From: Sphyrna mokarran
Taxonomy: Eukaryota
Assembly: GCA_024679065.1 (NCBI GenBank)
Contig: JAGIQG010000020.1
Span: forward strand, 17,360,001 to 17,424,000
Direction: 5' to 3'
Length of the DNA: 64,000 nt
The notes under the pieces were generated by a model, which was given only the letters and a program-made list of their open reading frames with translations, did no database searches and was not told the origin of the DNA. Position numbers and translations under genes: made by a program. Within the stretch, counting starts at the first letter, position 1. Each line of letters starts with the position of its first letter. Shown here one piece after another: positions 37,320 to 50,920 of the stretch.

Positions 37320-37615
37320 TATTCTTTCCTGGAGGTGGATGTCACTGACAAAGCCAACATTTGTCTAACTGTCTCTAATTGTCTTGGAACGGAATGGTTT
37401 ACTAAGCCATTTTGTAGGGCAGTTAAGTGTGTATCTGGAGTTAATTGTCGGTCAGACTAGATAAGGATGGCAGAATTCCTTCCCTAAAGATGTTGGTGAA
37501 CCAGATGAGTCTTATAACTGACAGTCATTATTAATTAAATTTAAATTCCACCAGCTCCTCTGATGTTATTTGATCCTGTGACCTTGGAGCATTAGCTGGG
37601 TCCTCTGGATTACTG
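37320..37615 (-). mobile_element. second copy of the 31558 SINE family
   Basis: Shares GGCAGA..TTCC..AAAG...TTGGTGAACCAG and the 3' tail with 31558-31940. Confidence 0.7.
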
Positions 37616-38253
37616 AATGGATGAATTTGCCTGTGTAGAATTTGAATTTATCCAATCATGTCTATGCTCTCATGCATCCATAAGTGCCTTATCACCAATG
37701 AATTCTTTTAAATGTGGGCACTGTAGATATGCAGGCAAATGTATATAGCCAATTCATGTACAACAAAATCCATGAATTGCAAATGCAATAACAATTGGTT
37801 ACCTTTTCATGGAATTACTGGTTGAGACAGTGTTGACAAAGACACCATATCCTTTTTATTGAATGGTGTCTTTAGATTTTTGCATGCTTGAAATGAGCCT
37901 TATTTCTTTACCTCCCAGTGTGAGGCCTGACTGCTGACTTGGGAATTTGTTGCTGCTGCAGAAGGGGAAGTAAGTGCTGCTGGTAATTATTCAAGGCTTT
38001 ACTTGCGTGAGAGGTAGATGATTGAGTTTTTAGCATTTTATTCCTTTAAACAGGGGCAGTAATTCAACTGGCTCCTTGGGAGATGCAATTTTTGCATTAA
38101 ATTTGCAGCCTAGGCTGTTAAACTGCTTGATACAACTGTAGCCAACAGTTGTAATATTTCTAAACTTAGTTAATTAAACACAGCAAAGATGACAAATGAT
38201 GTGTTTTGTCGTTAGCATGTGGGGACTGTTGGACACCAGTATGATCCATAATT

Positions 38254-38560
38254 GGGTGGCACAGTGGTTAGCACTGCTGCCTCAGTGCCAGGGATGCAGA
38301 TTCGATTCCAGCCTTGGGTCACTGACTATTTGGAGTTTGCATGTTCTCCACTTTTATGTGTGGGTTTCTTCTGAGTGCTCCGGTTTCCTCCCACAGTCCA
38401 AAGATATGTAGGTTAGATGATTGGTCAAGCTCAGTTGCCTCTTAGCCTCAAGGAGATTAACAGCATAACTAGTTGGAGTTATGGGTGGGATTGTTGTTGA
38501 TGTTCAAGTGCACATCCGATGGGCTGACTGGTCTCTCTCTGCGCTGTAGAGATTTTATGA
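38254..38560 (+). mobile_element. HE1/V-SINE-type SINE
   Basis: GGTGGCACAGTGGTTAGCACTGCTGCCTCA...TTCGATTCC...TCCGGTTTCCTCCCACAGTCCAAAGA. Confidence 0.9.
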
Positions 38561-38919
38561 ACTGCTACAGCTGTGGTAAGTGTCTATTGCTTAAGGAGCT
38601 TTGGCTGTTGAGAGTTGATGTGCTGGAGTCTGAGGCTTGGCCACTGTGATCCAACCAGGGAGGGGAAAAATTACCGTTTCACTTTTTTTGGGAGAAAAAC
38701 CAACCCAAAACAGTTATCATGTTTTCTCAAACTGTTGGTCACTTTGGGCACAGCTTTGAAACATACACGAATAGAGAATGAATGTGCAAAAAGCAGTAAA
38801 GACCAAGAACAAAGCTGTAGAAATTGAACACTTATGTGTTGTGAAAGCAAGAGTACATTGAGTTCCATGCAGGCACTTAGGTATACACAATTGTGAAATC
38901 CTTAAATATAAATTACAAC

Positions 38920-40130
38920 GTGCAGGAATAAACTATTTAGCCCATGGACCTGCTTTGCTGTTTGATAAAATGATGGCTAATCTGATTGTGGACTTGGCCC
39001 CACTTTCTTGTTTTCCCCCCTAAAGTCCTTGACTCCGTTGTTAATAAAGAACGTATTTGACTCAGCCTTAAAAGTGTTCAACAGTCCTGCCTTTACTGCT
39101 GTCTGGGGAACAGAATTCTTTCTCATCTCTGTCTTAGTGGGAGACTTCTTATTTTTAAATGATGTCTCCCTTGTTCCAGTGCGTCTCGGCATGCAGTCTG
39201 TCAATTACCCTTAGGATCTTGTATGTTTCCATAAAATTACCTCTCATTCTTGTAAAATCTAGTAGATAAGCAAATGAAGTCAGAGTGGGACAATGTTAGA
39301 AAGACATAATTAGCAGCTCTTTATCTGAATGAACGTAGCAGCTAGCAAGATGAATGAATTGATATTACAAATAGAAATATATGATATAATGGCCATTATA
39401 GAGACATAGTTGCAAAACTGTTGGGACTTGAATGTTCAATAGTACTTAACATTTCAGAAGCACAAAGAATATAATTTGGGGAGGCTTTGTTAATAAAGGT
39501 GAGATCAGCTCAGTAGTGAGAAATAATCTTGGTTCAGAAGGTCAAAAAATAAGTCTGTTTGGGTGGAGATAAGAAATAGCAAAGAGAAGTCATTGATGGG
39601 AGTTACATGCTCCCTGACAGCTACACTGGAGGACAGTGTTAATTGAGGAAAGCAATTGTGGGAGAATTTGACCTTTATACACAATTGGATGAATCAGATT
39701 GGCAGAAGAAGCCCAGGATTGTATTTGGGACAGTTTCTTAAAACAATAAATACATTCTGGAACAACAGGGATGGCGCTATTTTAGATCTGGCATTGTGTA
39801 ATGAGACAGGATTAATTAATGACCTCCTTGCATTCTGGTAAGAGTGAGTATTTACAAGAAAAAAAACAGTGGATGAACTAAAAAAGGAAAGATTGGGGGA
39901 TGCCAAAAATTTGGTTGAAGAGTGAGTTTCAAATTTGGCCTTAAAAGGGATAGCAGTTAGAAAAACAAGTTTAAAGGTTTTGCAGAGTTTAGCTCCTGGA
40001 GGTGGAAGAATGAGTCTTCATGGCATTTGGCGATTGAAGAATGCCAAGAAATTTGCTATAGGAGTTAGTTGGAGAGGAGTGGTGACATCAAGGAGGGATT
40101 TAAAGATGTTTGAGAAATATAAAAAGTGAT
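38920..40130. mobile_element. adjacent CR1 fragments: 3' end on minus (38920-39260), endonuclease region on plus (39300-40130)
   Basis: Minus-strand AVKAGLLNTFKAE; plus-strand RDGAILDLALCNE. Confidence 0.7.
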
Positions 40131-40614
40131 CTGTTGGTTAATGTTGAGCATTGGAGACCAGAGTGATGACTGACAGTAGAGCTGTGAATGGGTTGACGTT
40201 TTTGGAGAACTCAAGATGAGGCTGGCCAAGAGAGTACTGGAATAGGGCAAAGTTAGATCTTTGACTTCAGCTATAAAACTTACTTTCATATTCCATGGCA
40301 AGGATGCGTTCAGTGTTTTGATGGTTTCTGTGGGAAAACTGGAATGATATTTTTTTAAAAACAGGCTATTTTGCATTAACTTAACATTTTCAGGACAGCT
40401 GTGGTTGAGTTTCTTAAAACAACATTTTAGAAATGTTCAGAATAATTCATGTTTGAAATACCTGAGCCAGGAAAACACAATTTTGAAAAGTATTTTGTAG
40501 ATTGGTGTGCTTTAGCTTGACAGTGCAATATTTTCAACATTGGGCCAGAATAAACTATCCCAAAATCGCTGTGTTTTTGACTACCTAGGCCGTTAGCTCC
40601 CAATTCCCTTGCTG

Positions 40615-40805
40615 AACCCCTCCACTCTACCTTTTCCCTTTTAAGATGCTTCTTCAAAACTACCTTTTTAAAAAGGCTGTTGGCTATCTATTCTAATATC
40701 TCTCTTTGGCTCAGTATTTAATTTTCATCTGTGGTGCTCCTACGAAATGACTAATAACATTTTATTATGTTAAAGATACTTTGTGAATGCAAGTTATTGT
40801 TGATT
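40615..40805 (+). mobile_element. L2-type LINE 3' end
   Basis: FKMLLQNYLF-like ORF end and tail ...TATGTTAAAGATACTTTGTGAATGCAAGTTATTGTTG. Confidence 0.5.
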
Positions 40806-43104
40806 TGAAATTAATTATTAAGTGTAAATTGCTATGCCATTTGGAATATTGAGTAAAAGGAAGTGATATTTTCACTGGCCAAATGTATCTATTAAATCAT
40901 ACTTTGTTACTGATACCATTTCCACACCCAGTTATTTAAAAAAATCCTTCAAGTAGATGGTTGTGCAATTTGAAATACATAATACTAGCCAGCACATTGG
41001 ATATCTTTTTGTGAAAAATTTTAAGAGGCTTAGTGTGAAATTTCATGCTGTACAGCAACAATAGTGATTTGTAATTGGCCTTTTTCTCCAAATGTTAGTT
41101 CAATTTTTGTTCAGTGGACTCCTAATTGATCTTGATCTTTGGTTCTCTGACTTAAGCATTTATGATTAAAGCTAGTGTACACCTGACTTGCAGCCTACTA
41201 TGGAAAGGAGGGGAATTAATTTAAACAGTACTAATATGTCCTCTCGCCACTCATCTGTAAACAGAAAGTAGGTTTTTCATTTGCTTCCATCTTTATAAGC
41301 AGTGGCATATTTCTCCATCTCTGTTTTGATGTGATCCAATTTTCTATTAGTAATCCCAAGCAAACTCAAGATGAGTTCAAATTGTCCGGTGAGGTATTCT
41401 TTCACAGAAGTCAATGAGCTGAAAATTTGCGTGATTATAGTTGATGTTTCTGGTAAAGTTGACTCCACAGAAATGAGAGGCATGTGGACGTAAATCAGTC
41501 TTGTAAGTGAGGGTACAGAAGTTTCATCAAAAACAATGTGAATGAGCCAGTTATTCATATTGGGCAAAGCTTATTTCCTGTGATGCTGTAAATTAGAGGC
41601 CAGCCAAGCAATGTAACTGTTCACATCACATGAATTCCCATCTGTCCACACTGCCTTTGATAAAGGATGTATGTCCCTTGTCTGGATCCCAAAAGATAAG
41701 TAAATATTTCAACCATTAAGAATTGAAAGGAAGTTCCGGTGTCCTTTGTCCTCCTAGGCATTGGCCAATCTGAGTTATGAAATGTGGGTAGTTTTGTCTT
41801 TGAATTTGGTCTCTATATCTCTTAAGAAGGTGGTTGGTATCCCTTCAGGGATAACAAGGTGCAAGTTTTTTCGATACTGCCAGGTAGCTCCTTTTTGTTA
41901 AACAGACGTAGATTAAGCAATTTATAAAAGTCTGTCCTGTTTCTAAAACTTGAGAAATAGCCATGAGGATAGCTGTCATAATTGTTACTCTGTATTACAA
42001 AAAGTGAGAAAAATAGAGACCAGTGGGTGAAATTCTTGTTTGAAATTTAATTCTTCAGCTACCAATTTTTAAATGTCATGGAGTCCATTCAGTTTCTTGC
42101 TCCTTGATGAATGGAGCAAGGCTTAAACTTGTTTTTTCTCTTACTCTGCAGATCAGAGTGTGTGGTATAGTTTACTATGTTAGGAATCTTTTTAATTGGA
42201 GTGAAACGTGGTTGTGAATGTAGATATAGTAATAGGGACTGTGATGAAGGCCTTGTGTGGATTGTTCAAACTTAAATTTTATTTCCAGTTATAGAACAGA
42301 ATTAAGCAATGCTACTGAGTGGATAAACATGAAGACTTTAAGCAAATACCAACTAATTATGTTTCATTTTACTGTCATTGCCAGCTGATCAAGTGTGCAT
42401 TTGTATTTTATTTCAGTGATTTTCTTCATTCTATAGTAAAATGTGAAGTGAGCCTTTGTATTGGGCTGCTGTGCGCCGTCATTAAGGCAATTAGTACAAT
42501 AACTATGTAAATTTGCAGAAATATAGGGTAATTTGTGATTCTGCTTGCTCATGGTTCAGTTTTTTCATATAAGGTTTTTGTGCTGAGAAAAACTTTGATG
42601 TTTTAATTTTCTGGTGCTGAAATGTTTTGTGCATTTTCACTCTGCTACTGAGTACCTGTGCAAAATCTGTACTGTTGGATTGCTGAAATGGCATCAGTTT
42701 TGTAGATTGCTTTCAGCTTGATAGCTGCAATGGTACCATGGCAATAGATCTTTTAAGCTTGATACAAGGTGCTTTTTTTAACAGCTGAGCTAAAAAACCT
42801 GTAATTTAAAAATGAAAACAATTTTAGAGTTAAGTTTGAATTGATTTGTGCAGCTCTTATGTTTTTATATAAATTTGCTTCAGTTTGGCCTGCATTGTCT
42901 GCAGCAATTTGACAGCGACAGCCCCCATGATGCATTAATTTGCATATTGCTGGTAATGAGAAAAAGCAACTGCACCTTCATTGTGTTCGCATTCTCTCAA
43001 AGGGAGAGATTAGTGCCATTATAATAAACTGCATGAACAGAGCACATGGTTTTTTAAAATAACATTTCACACTCAGGAGTAACAAATGTGCTGAATTTCA
43101 CGCA

Positions 43105-43315
43105 ATGATTGGTTCTGGTCTGTAATGCACTACCTAGAAGCATGGTGGGAGCAAGTTTAATTGAGGCATTCAAGAGCGCATTAAATGATTACTTGAATAG
43201 AAACAGAGTGCAAGGAAAAGACAGGGGAATGATATTAAGCCATAATGCTCATTTGAGGAGCTAGTGCAGACCCAGTGGGCCAAATGGCCTCTTGCACCAC
43301 AGCAATTCTGTGATT
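43105..43315 (+). mobile_element. CR1 3' tail fragment
   Basis: GTCTGTAATGCACTACCT...GGGCCAAATGGCCTC...ATTCTGTGA. Confidence 0.7.
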
Positions 43316-44269
43316 TTTAGTTCGAAGATGCTCTTTATAATACATGCTGTTTCAGAACTAAATATTGTATGTTTTTCATTGGTGTAGCTGCACTTTTATG
43401 CTTAATTCAAACTTCAGTCACTTAATTTGTCTATTGTTTCATAACTGTATTAATCTAACCTTTTAATTATCTTGGAGGGAAAGTTTTGTTCTGTGCTACA
43501 GCTGTGAAGCAGTGTTAAACAGATATTATATAGTCATGGACCAAACTTCACCTATGAGTAGTATTTAAAACCTCAGTGTCGTATCTAGTTTTTGTGTAGA
43601 ATCTTGACTAAAAAATCTTTTAATGATGAGCAGTTTTGTGATGGGTTTCGGGAGATTTTATGTTTGCACGATTGTGTTCACATATCTATTCATTGGAAGA
43701 TTGAGTCATCACTTCCTGACTGTATACCCAATGATGTACCAATGAAAACTTCCATTTTCTAAAACGTGCTAATGAATAATTTCCAGTTATCTGATACTAA
43801 ATAAAATATTAATGGTGTCTAATTATCCCAGTTTTCTCTTATCCTTAAATAAACCAAAGTTGCACAATCCAATCAGACTTTCTTGGAGATATTGTTACAA
43901 CCTGAAATGGAATACAGAAAAAAACCAATCAGATTTTTATCGGTTAATGTTTAACTGAAATTATTGTATTTATCAGTTTTCTTAAAATACCTATTAAAAC
44001 ATTTTGAGTGATACTGCAATTAAGATGTGTTTTGAAGAGGGTGTGGGTGGAAGGGGAGCATTGAAGAATGACAAACTATCATTGTGGTGATGGAATGGCT
44101 CACAAATGCTGGTATCTTTTTTTTCATTGTGGCCACAATCCCAACCAGCAATTTATTTGAAGGCAGCTTTCAGGAATGCCACACTATGGAGTGATGAATT
44201 ATGGCTTTGTGACTGATATTCTTTATGCAATGAGTCCTTTTTTACAAGACCTAGTACTAGACAGTTGCC

Positions 44270-45570
44270 AGTAGAGGCCAAAGCATTTCTACTCCTCAGT
44301 GACATCAGAGCATCAGTTTTCATATGTATTCTGATGACACTCAGTTGTAACTCATCACTAGATATCGACCTTTCCTGTCTCTGATTTGTTGTCTGACGAT
44401 TGAACCCTGGGTAAGGAAAATGTTCTTCCAACTCTACACCGGGAATGCTGAAGCTGTCTTTGAACTGCCACATATTCTGTTTTCATTAACTCCATCCCTC
44501 TCCCTATTCACTGTCTGAGTGTGAACACCAACTTGGATCTTATTTAAAAGTTTATTTATTAGACTAACAAGTATGCTTACATTAACACTGCAATGAAATT
44601 ATTGCAAAAATCTCCCAATCGCTACACTCTGGCATTTGTTCATGTACACTGAGGGAGAATTTAACATGGCCAATGCACCTAACCAGCTCATCTTTTGGAC
44701 TGAGGAGAAACTGGAGCACTCTCAGGAAGCCCACGCATGTACTGGGAGAATTGTGCAAATTCCACACAGGTTGTGTCTCAAGCCAGGAATCGAACCCTGA
44801 CGCTGTGAGGCAGTAGTGCTAACCATTGTGCCACCGTGCCATCCGTTATATGATCCTCAGAGGAGCTTCTGTCCACAGACCCACTCCGTTACTAAGACTG
44901 TCTATTTGAATGCCTCTAAATGGATCAAGTACATCCCTGCCTCTGCTTCCCTGAGACCCACAACCTTTGCTACTTCTAGATATGATTATTTCATATGCAC
45001 ATGCAAACTGGTAATGGAGTAAGCCATTTGGTCCCTCAAGCTTGTTCCACATTATATTTGATATAGACTAATTTGACAATAATGTCAACTCCACATACCT
45101 GCCTACCCCCAAAAAATTTCCACCCCCTTTGCTTATCAAGAATCTTTCCACCTCTGCCTTTAAAAAAAAAATAAAGAATTTTGAACACTGTTCCATAAAA
45201 GGCAGTGTAAGCAAAGATTCATGACCCTTTAATTCTATCATCTCGGATCTCTCATTTACCACTGTCAATAAATTTAATTTCATGCAAAATTGCTGCCTAT
45301 GTGTTAACTCAGACCAAGTACAATTTATTTATCACTTCTGTGCTCGCTGATCTACATCAGTTTTTGTTAAATCGTAAGTGAATTTTAAAATTCTCACCCT
45401 ACAACTCACAAGAACCTGTGTTTTTTCTCCCCATTCTGGTCTTTCGCACACTTTCAGTTTTAATCACTACAACTGCTGGTAGTTGTCTTCAGCAGCCGAG
45501 GCTTTGAGCTCTGAAATTTTCATTGCCCTTCTTTAAAGCTCCTCTTTCCTAGCCCTTTATCAAAGCTTTT
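44270..45570 (+). mobile_element. fragmented L2-type LINE RT with nested insertions
   Basis: HMYSDDTQL (YADD-like) at ~44321-44347. Interrupted by a SINE (44540-44842) and an apparent antisense CR1 tail (~45010-45240). Confidence 0.55.
44540..44842 (-). mobile_element. V-SINE-type SINE with a different 3' tail
   Basis: Reverse of GGCACGGTGGCACAATGGTTAGCACTACTGCCTCACAGC...GGTTCGATTCC; tail differs from the 38254 copy. Confidence 0.8.
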
Positions 45571-48500
45571 GGTTCTTTGTCCCAATATCCACAGAGCCAT
45601 AGAATCTCTGCACTGCAAAGGAGGCTTTTTGATTGCACCAACTCTGAAAGAGCAACTTAGGCAGGCCCATCCTCCTAAGCCTGCTCGCTTACCGTGGCTA
45701 ATTCACCTAATCTACATGTTTGAACTGTGGGAGGGAGCAGGAAACCTAAAAGCAGAAACAAATTGTGCTGGTCCACATTACATACTATATTTTATTCCTT
45801 TTTTACATGACAACTTCTCTAATATCCAAGCATTGTTCTACAATTAGCTTTTGATGATTTTGATAATTGGTTTCAATCTCCATAAACTTGTTGGAAGCTT
45901 TGGAGGAAAATTTCCAAGTAAATATTGTGGCTGTATAAAGACAAGTCCTATGGTAGGTCTCCATCTAGAATCTGATTTGCACATTTTATGGTTGCGTCAT
46001 TGACAGGAGAGCCATTGGTCTGTAGTCAATGGCAATCCTTTAATGATCTTTGGACCTGTTAGGAAATATTATAATCTGTTAATAAGAAGTTTGTGTTTGT
46101 GGGTGGAATTGTTCCTGGGTGTCTTGTCTACCATGATCCAAGCTCAAAATGCACTAATAAACCATTTGGGATAGGGAATTGCCTGAGGTGATACCAGTGA
46201 TGCTAGAACTACTGAACTACCCTTCGGCTTTTAAAAGAATAATATTTCTAAGAGATTTAGAACCTATTTAAAATTAAGAAATTCAGTTTTGTTCAGAGAA
46301 TATACATGCTTTATGTTTATGAGAAGGGGATTTCTCATTTCTCCTTGTTCTCTGCATAAGTTTGCCGATCTTTTCAAATAGCAAAAATATTTTGTATTGT
46401 TATATCAGATTAGAATACCATTTAGGAGCTCAATTTATTATCATTCGTTTTGATGCATAACCACTATTGGTACAAATCACAATGTTAGAGAGCAAGCCGT
46501 GATAATTGTTTATTACTTGGTACTTTATGTTCTGCCTAGAACATAAATGCTAAGTGTATATGAAAAGAACACTTGAGCAAAATTACATAAATGTTGTCCA
46601 TTTTCAGAAATATAACTTCTCTTTAATGTGTGTACTTTTTATGCAGACAGTTTGGGATACAGATACGTTGAGTATCTTGATTTGGGGCATCTCTTGCATC
46701 TATGAGCTTATTTTCCAGAAGCTGTGGGGTAAAGAAATTTAAGTATTTCATGTATTGAAGTAAATGTTAGGATGGCTTTCCTGCTTCTGCTAGGGCTCTT
46801 TTGCACCTGCAGTTCCAACCTTTTTAAAACAAAATTATTTAACTTAGCTGTCTTTTACTTGGATCCTTTTGATAGGATTTTTGATCCTATTCAAAAATCG
46901 TGTGTGGATTGTAAAAGCTTAAGCTATAACAATGACCCTTTTGGGAATTCACTATTTGTAGCTCGCTTATTTAGAAATGCCCTGTTTATTCCCCTCTGCT
47001 TTCTATCTATAAGGATCATGTTAATTTCCCATGCCCAATTCCATGACTCCTTATCTTATGTGGCACCTGGCCAAATGATTTTTGGAATCCAACCGTACTA
47101 TCCCCATCTACTGGCTCCCCTTCATTTATCCTGCTATTTGCATTATCTATTATGACCCAGTAAGAAATGATGCAGTAGCTCCCGATTCTTCTGCTCCTTG
47201 TTTGACTGTAACAGTTTTTTTTAAAAACATCAAGTGGCTGGGTTTTGTCACTTCTGAAAGCATCCCATTATTTGAGTGTCGAGGTTGTAGAGAATTACTC
47301 TCACACATTTTCTTAGGTTAAATGAAGAATAAGCTAAATTTATTGAAACCACCCCCAAGCTTAAAAAGAAGGAAAATGCAACACACAATATTCATGTGAT
47401 CTCTGTCATTTATCTGGGTCCACATATTACATGTATAGATGGCAGCGTAAGGGGATAAGCTTATAAGGATTTTATAATCCACGAAAGGTAGGTGTCTTTG
47501 GTCTCAGTGTGATGATTCAAAAGTTGTGGCCATTTAGCTTAGCTGATTACCTGGATGCTGTCATATGGAGCAGTTTTCCATGTTTTAAAAGATTTTGGCT
47601 TATGGCTATTTTTTCCGTAATTACTTTTGCAACTGGATGTACTTCCAAAAAAAAAAGCCACACAGTTCCAACAACCTGTTTGTGTTATTTTCACAGTCTC
47701 TCTTGCTTCACATGGGTTCCCTTGAAATATACTGCTGGTTGTATACAGACAGTCCTCACCTCAGGCTTGCAACACAATTGGTTCCTGGAAACCAAGTCTG
47801 AACCGATTTCTCCATATGAGCATTGTTAAGATTGAAAGATTGGTTCTCTTGATGGGGCAAGGCAACATTTTTACTCGTAAATTGTGATTTTCTTTTCCAC
47901 TGATTTTAGACGTTTATCTTTATGCATTCAGACCTCTGCCAAGGACCACGCGGCTAGTCCATAGATGTCTGAACAAAAAGCTTCAGATTGCAGGCGAGAA
48001 AGATGCCATTGTAAACAATGGGAGATCAGCCAGCTGGGCAAGGCAAAACTTTTACCAGAAAATCATGGCCTCTTTTTTTTGGTTTTCAAAAAGTTTTCTG
48101 GTTTCTGGCATGTGTTTGGCCAGGCAATATACTACTTGCAGAGTACAGCAAGCGTTATCTATAGCGACCTTCTGGCCTAGAGTTCCAGCTAGGTGAATAA
48201 AAGATGCAGGAAGCCTGGTGTTTCAGTGGGAGGTTTTGCAACTTTTTTTCTCGTTCAAATTGTGTAATATTTATAAATCATATGACTCGGATTGAAAAAT
48301 GGATTGGGGCGGCATTGTAAAATCAAAATTGATGTTGTAAATTTGAAATGGTTTTTAAATGTTATGTCATTCATGTTACCTTGAATGTCATAAAGCTGAG
48401 GATTGCCTGTATTCCGAATGAGTTTGAATAGTTTGTGTCTGCTGCAGTTATTGTTTGAGACTAGGTAATTTTGATGTCTTATTTCAGAAACATTTCCATG

Positions 48501-48759
48501 ATTTCTCTGTAATGTGAGTAATAAGGAGTTGGCGTCTTTCATGTTCCCGAGGGGGGGTTAATTGTCTCTTCATTGCAAATATGAGGAATGTAAAATTGTG
48601 TTTTGTAGTAGTTCAGCCTCTCTGGACTTTAAAAAACAATTGCAAAAGGTTCCAGTTTAATATTCAGCCAGTGAAAAATATCAGAAGTCATATTCTCAAA
48701 AAAAACACATCCCTGTGACACCTCAAACAAAAATTCAGGATAAATTTGTTAAACACTGT

Positions 48760-49835
48760 TTCCTTTTTATAAAATGGCGTTGATTCTGTCCAATTACATT
48801 ATGATTTCAAAGTGCATTTGTTAAGACCTGTTTAGTAACAGATTCCACCATTTTCCTTATGACTAATGTCAGGCTAACTGGCCTTTGATTCCCTCCTATT
48901 TTCTTCATAGAGGTGTTAGATTTACTAATTTCCAAACTCCTGAGAATTTTGGAAAAACATAATCAGTGAAGCTATTATTTCTGCAGCTACTGCTTTTAGA
49001 ACTTAGGATGTACGCCATTAGGTCCTGGGGATTTGTTGGCTTTTATTTTTTTTATCAACTCTTTTGTTGCCCTTTGCTAGTTTCTAAAACTGTTCCATCA
49101 GACTTCCTGTTATTTTTTTCAACATTGCTAGTCTCTTAAATTAATATGATCCTTCTTGGTAAGGTATAGATGGATCATTCTTGCTGAGTTTTTATTTTTC
49201 AGTGGAATGTATTTTTGTGAACATTTTTAACTATTTCCCACTTTATCACACCTTTTGATCTATTTATTCAATAGAATCTCTACAATGCAGAAAGAGGCCA
49301 TTTGGCTTATTGAGTCTGCACTGATCACAATCCCATTCATTCCCTACCCCCATGTCCTGACATATTTACCCACTAGTCCTTCTAACCTACACATCTCAGG
49401 ACACTAAGGGGCAATTTTAGCATGGCCACTCAACCTAACCCGCACATGTTTGCATTTTTGGGAGGAAACTGGAGCACCTGGAAGAAACCCATGCAGACAT
49501 GAGGAGAATGTGCAAATTCCACACAGTGACCCAAGCCGGGAATCAAATCCAGATCCTTGGAGCTGTGCAGCAGCAGTGCTACCATGCCATCCAATTCTCT
49601 ATTAGTTGGCTTTCAGTATAATATTTTTTGTTTGAGCTTGTGATAAATCGTTTTCCAACTTTGTGGATTTCAGTTATGATCACTTTCTCCCTGGAGAATA
49701 ATTTTCAATGAGATTATTAATTAAACCTGTCTCATACAGCACTAATCTAAAATACCTTTATTTCGAGTTGATTCTACAACATTTTGCTTCAGAAAATTGT
49801 TGACTAGCTGTAGAGCATTCTACAGACTCATCTCC
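48760..49835 (-). mobile_element. old CR1 fragment with nested SINE
   Basis: Reverse of the RPVSLT motif (GTCAGGCTAACTGGCCT, ~48868) and of a GLINNLI endonuclease-end motif. Confidence 0.6.
49272..49590 (-). mobile_element. HE1/V-SINE-type SINE
   Basis: GGAGGAAACTGGAGCACCTGGAAGAAACCCATGCAGACATGAGGAGAATGTGCAAATTCCACACAGTGACCCAAGCCGGGAATC is the reverse complement of the family body. Confidence 0.9.
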
Positions 49836-50549
49836 AGGCTACTTTTGACTTGCCTGCTCTGTAGCCTCCCAGATGCTGAGACCAGTTGTAATGGCATCAT
49901 TATTAAGAGCATGCTTTGTTATACATTTTTGCATTTTAAAAATTGCAGCCATTAAGGAAAGATCAGTACTTAGGCTGCTGGATGTTGCTAGTAACATAAA
50001 CATACTTATTTCCCTTGGGAGCCTCATGGATTTGCTAACTCAAATTTCATTTGGCATCATCCTTCAGGAGATATCGTGCCTTAACATTTCTGATATGTTA
50101 AATTTGGAATTGTGTGAAAATGCTCACTTCAGCTGGGAATTGCTTTTGTTAGTGAGTAAGTAGTTGCAAGATATTTTTGATTTTAAAATGCATAACTTTA
50201 TATTTACAGGTGATATTACTTAGTCATGAAATGGGCAAAAATTTAGAAACCACAGAGAAGTTATGGCATAGAGACTGTTCAGTCCATGTCTGCGCTGGTC
50301 AAAAATAGAGGAAAAATGAAGCTCACCACTCATTTTTAATCCCATTTTCTAGCATTTGGTACATAGCCTTGCATGTTACAGCACTTCAGGTGCAAATTCA
50401 AGTATCTTTTTATGATGAGTTGAAGGCAGTGAATTCCAGATGCCCCACTACCCTTTGGGTAAAAGAAAATTCTCATGGTTTTTTCTCCTCTCATCTCCCT
50501 ATCTATCACTTTAGGTATTTTAAAAATACTTTGCCTTGCAAATGTTAGA

Positions 50550-50920
50550 CAGAAGGTGGTTAAGAGCTACTTAATAGAGGGATACGAAGTGATCAGAGAT
50601 TAGATAGGGTGGACAGTGAGAGCCTTTTTCCTCGGATAGTGATGACTACACTAGGGGATATAGCTTTAAATTGAAGGATGATAGTTACAGGACAGATGTC
50701 AAAGGTAGGTTCTTTACTGAGAGTAGTAAGGGCATGGAATGCCCTCCTGTAACAGTAGTGAACTCGCCAATATTAAGGGCATTTAAATGGATTGGATAAA
50801 GCTATGGATGATATTGGAATAGTGCAAAGTTAGATGGGCTTTAGATTGGTTTCACAGGTTGGTGCAACATCAAGGGCCAAAGGGCCTGTACTGCACAGTA
50901 ATGTTCTATGATCTATGAAC
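50550..50920 (+). mobile_element. CR1 3' end
   Basis: LDRVDSESLFP motif; tail GGGCCAAAGGGCCTGTACTG...TGTTCTATGATCTATG. Confidence 0.85.
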
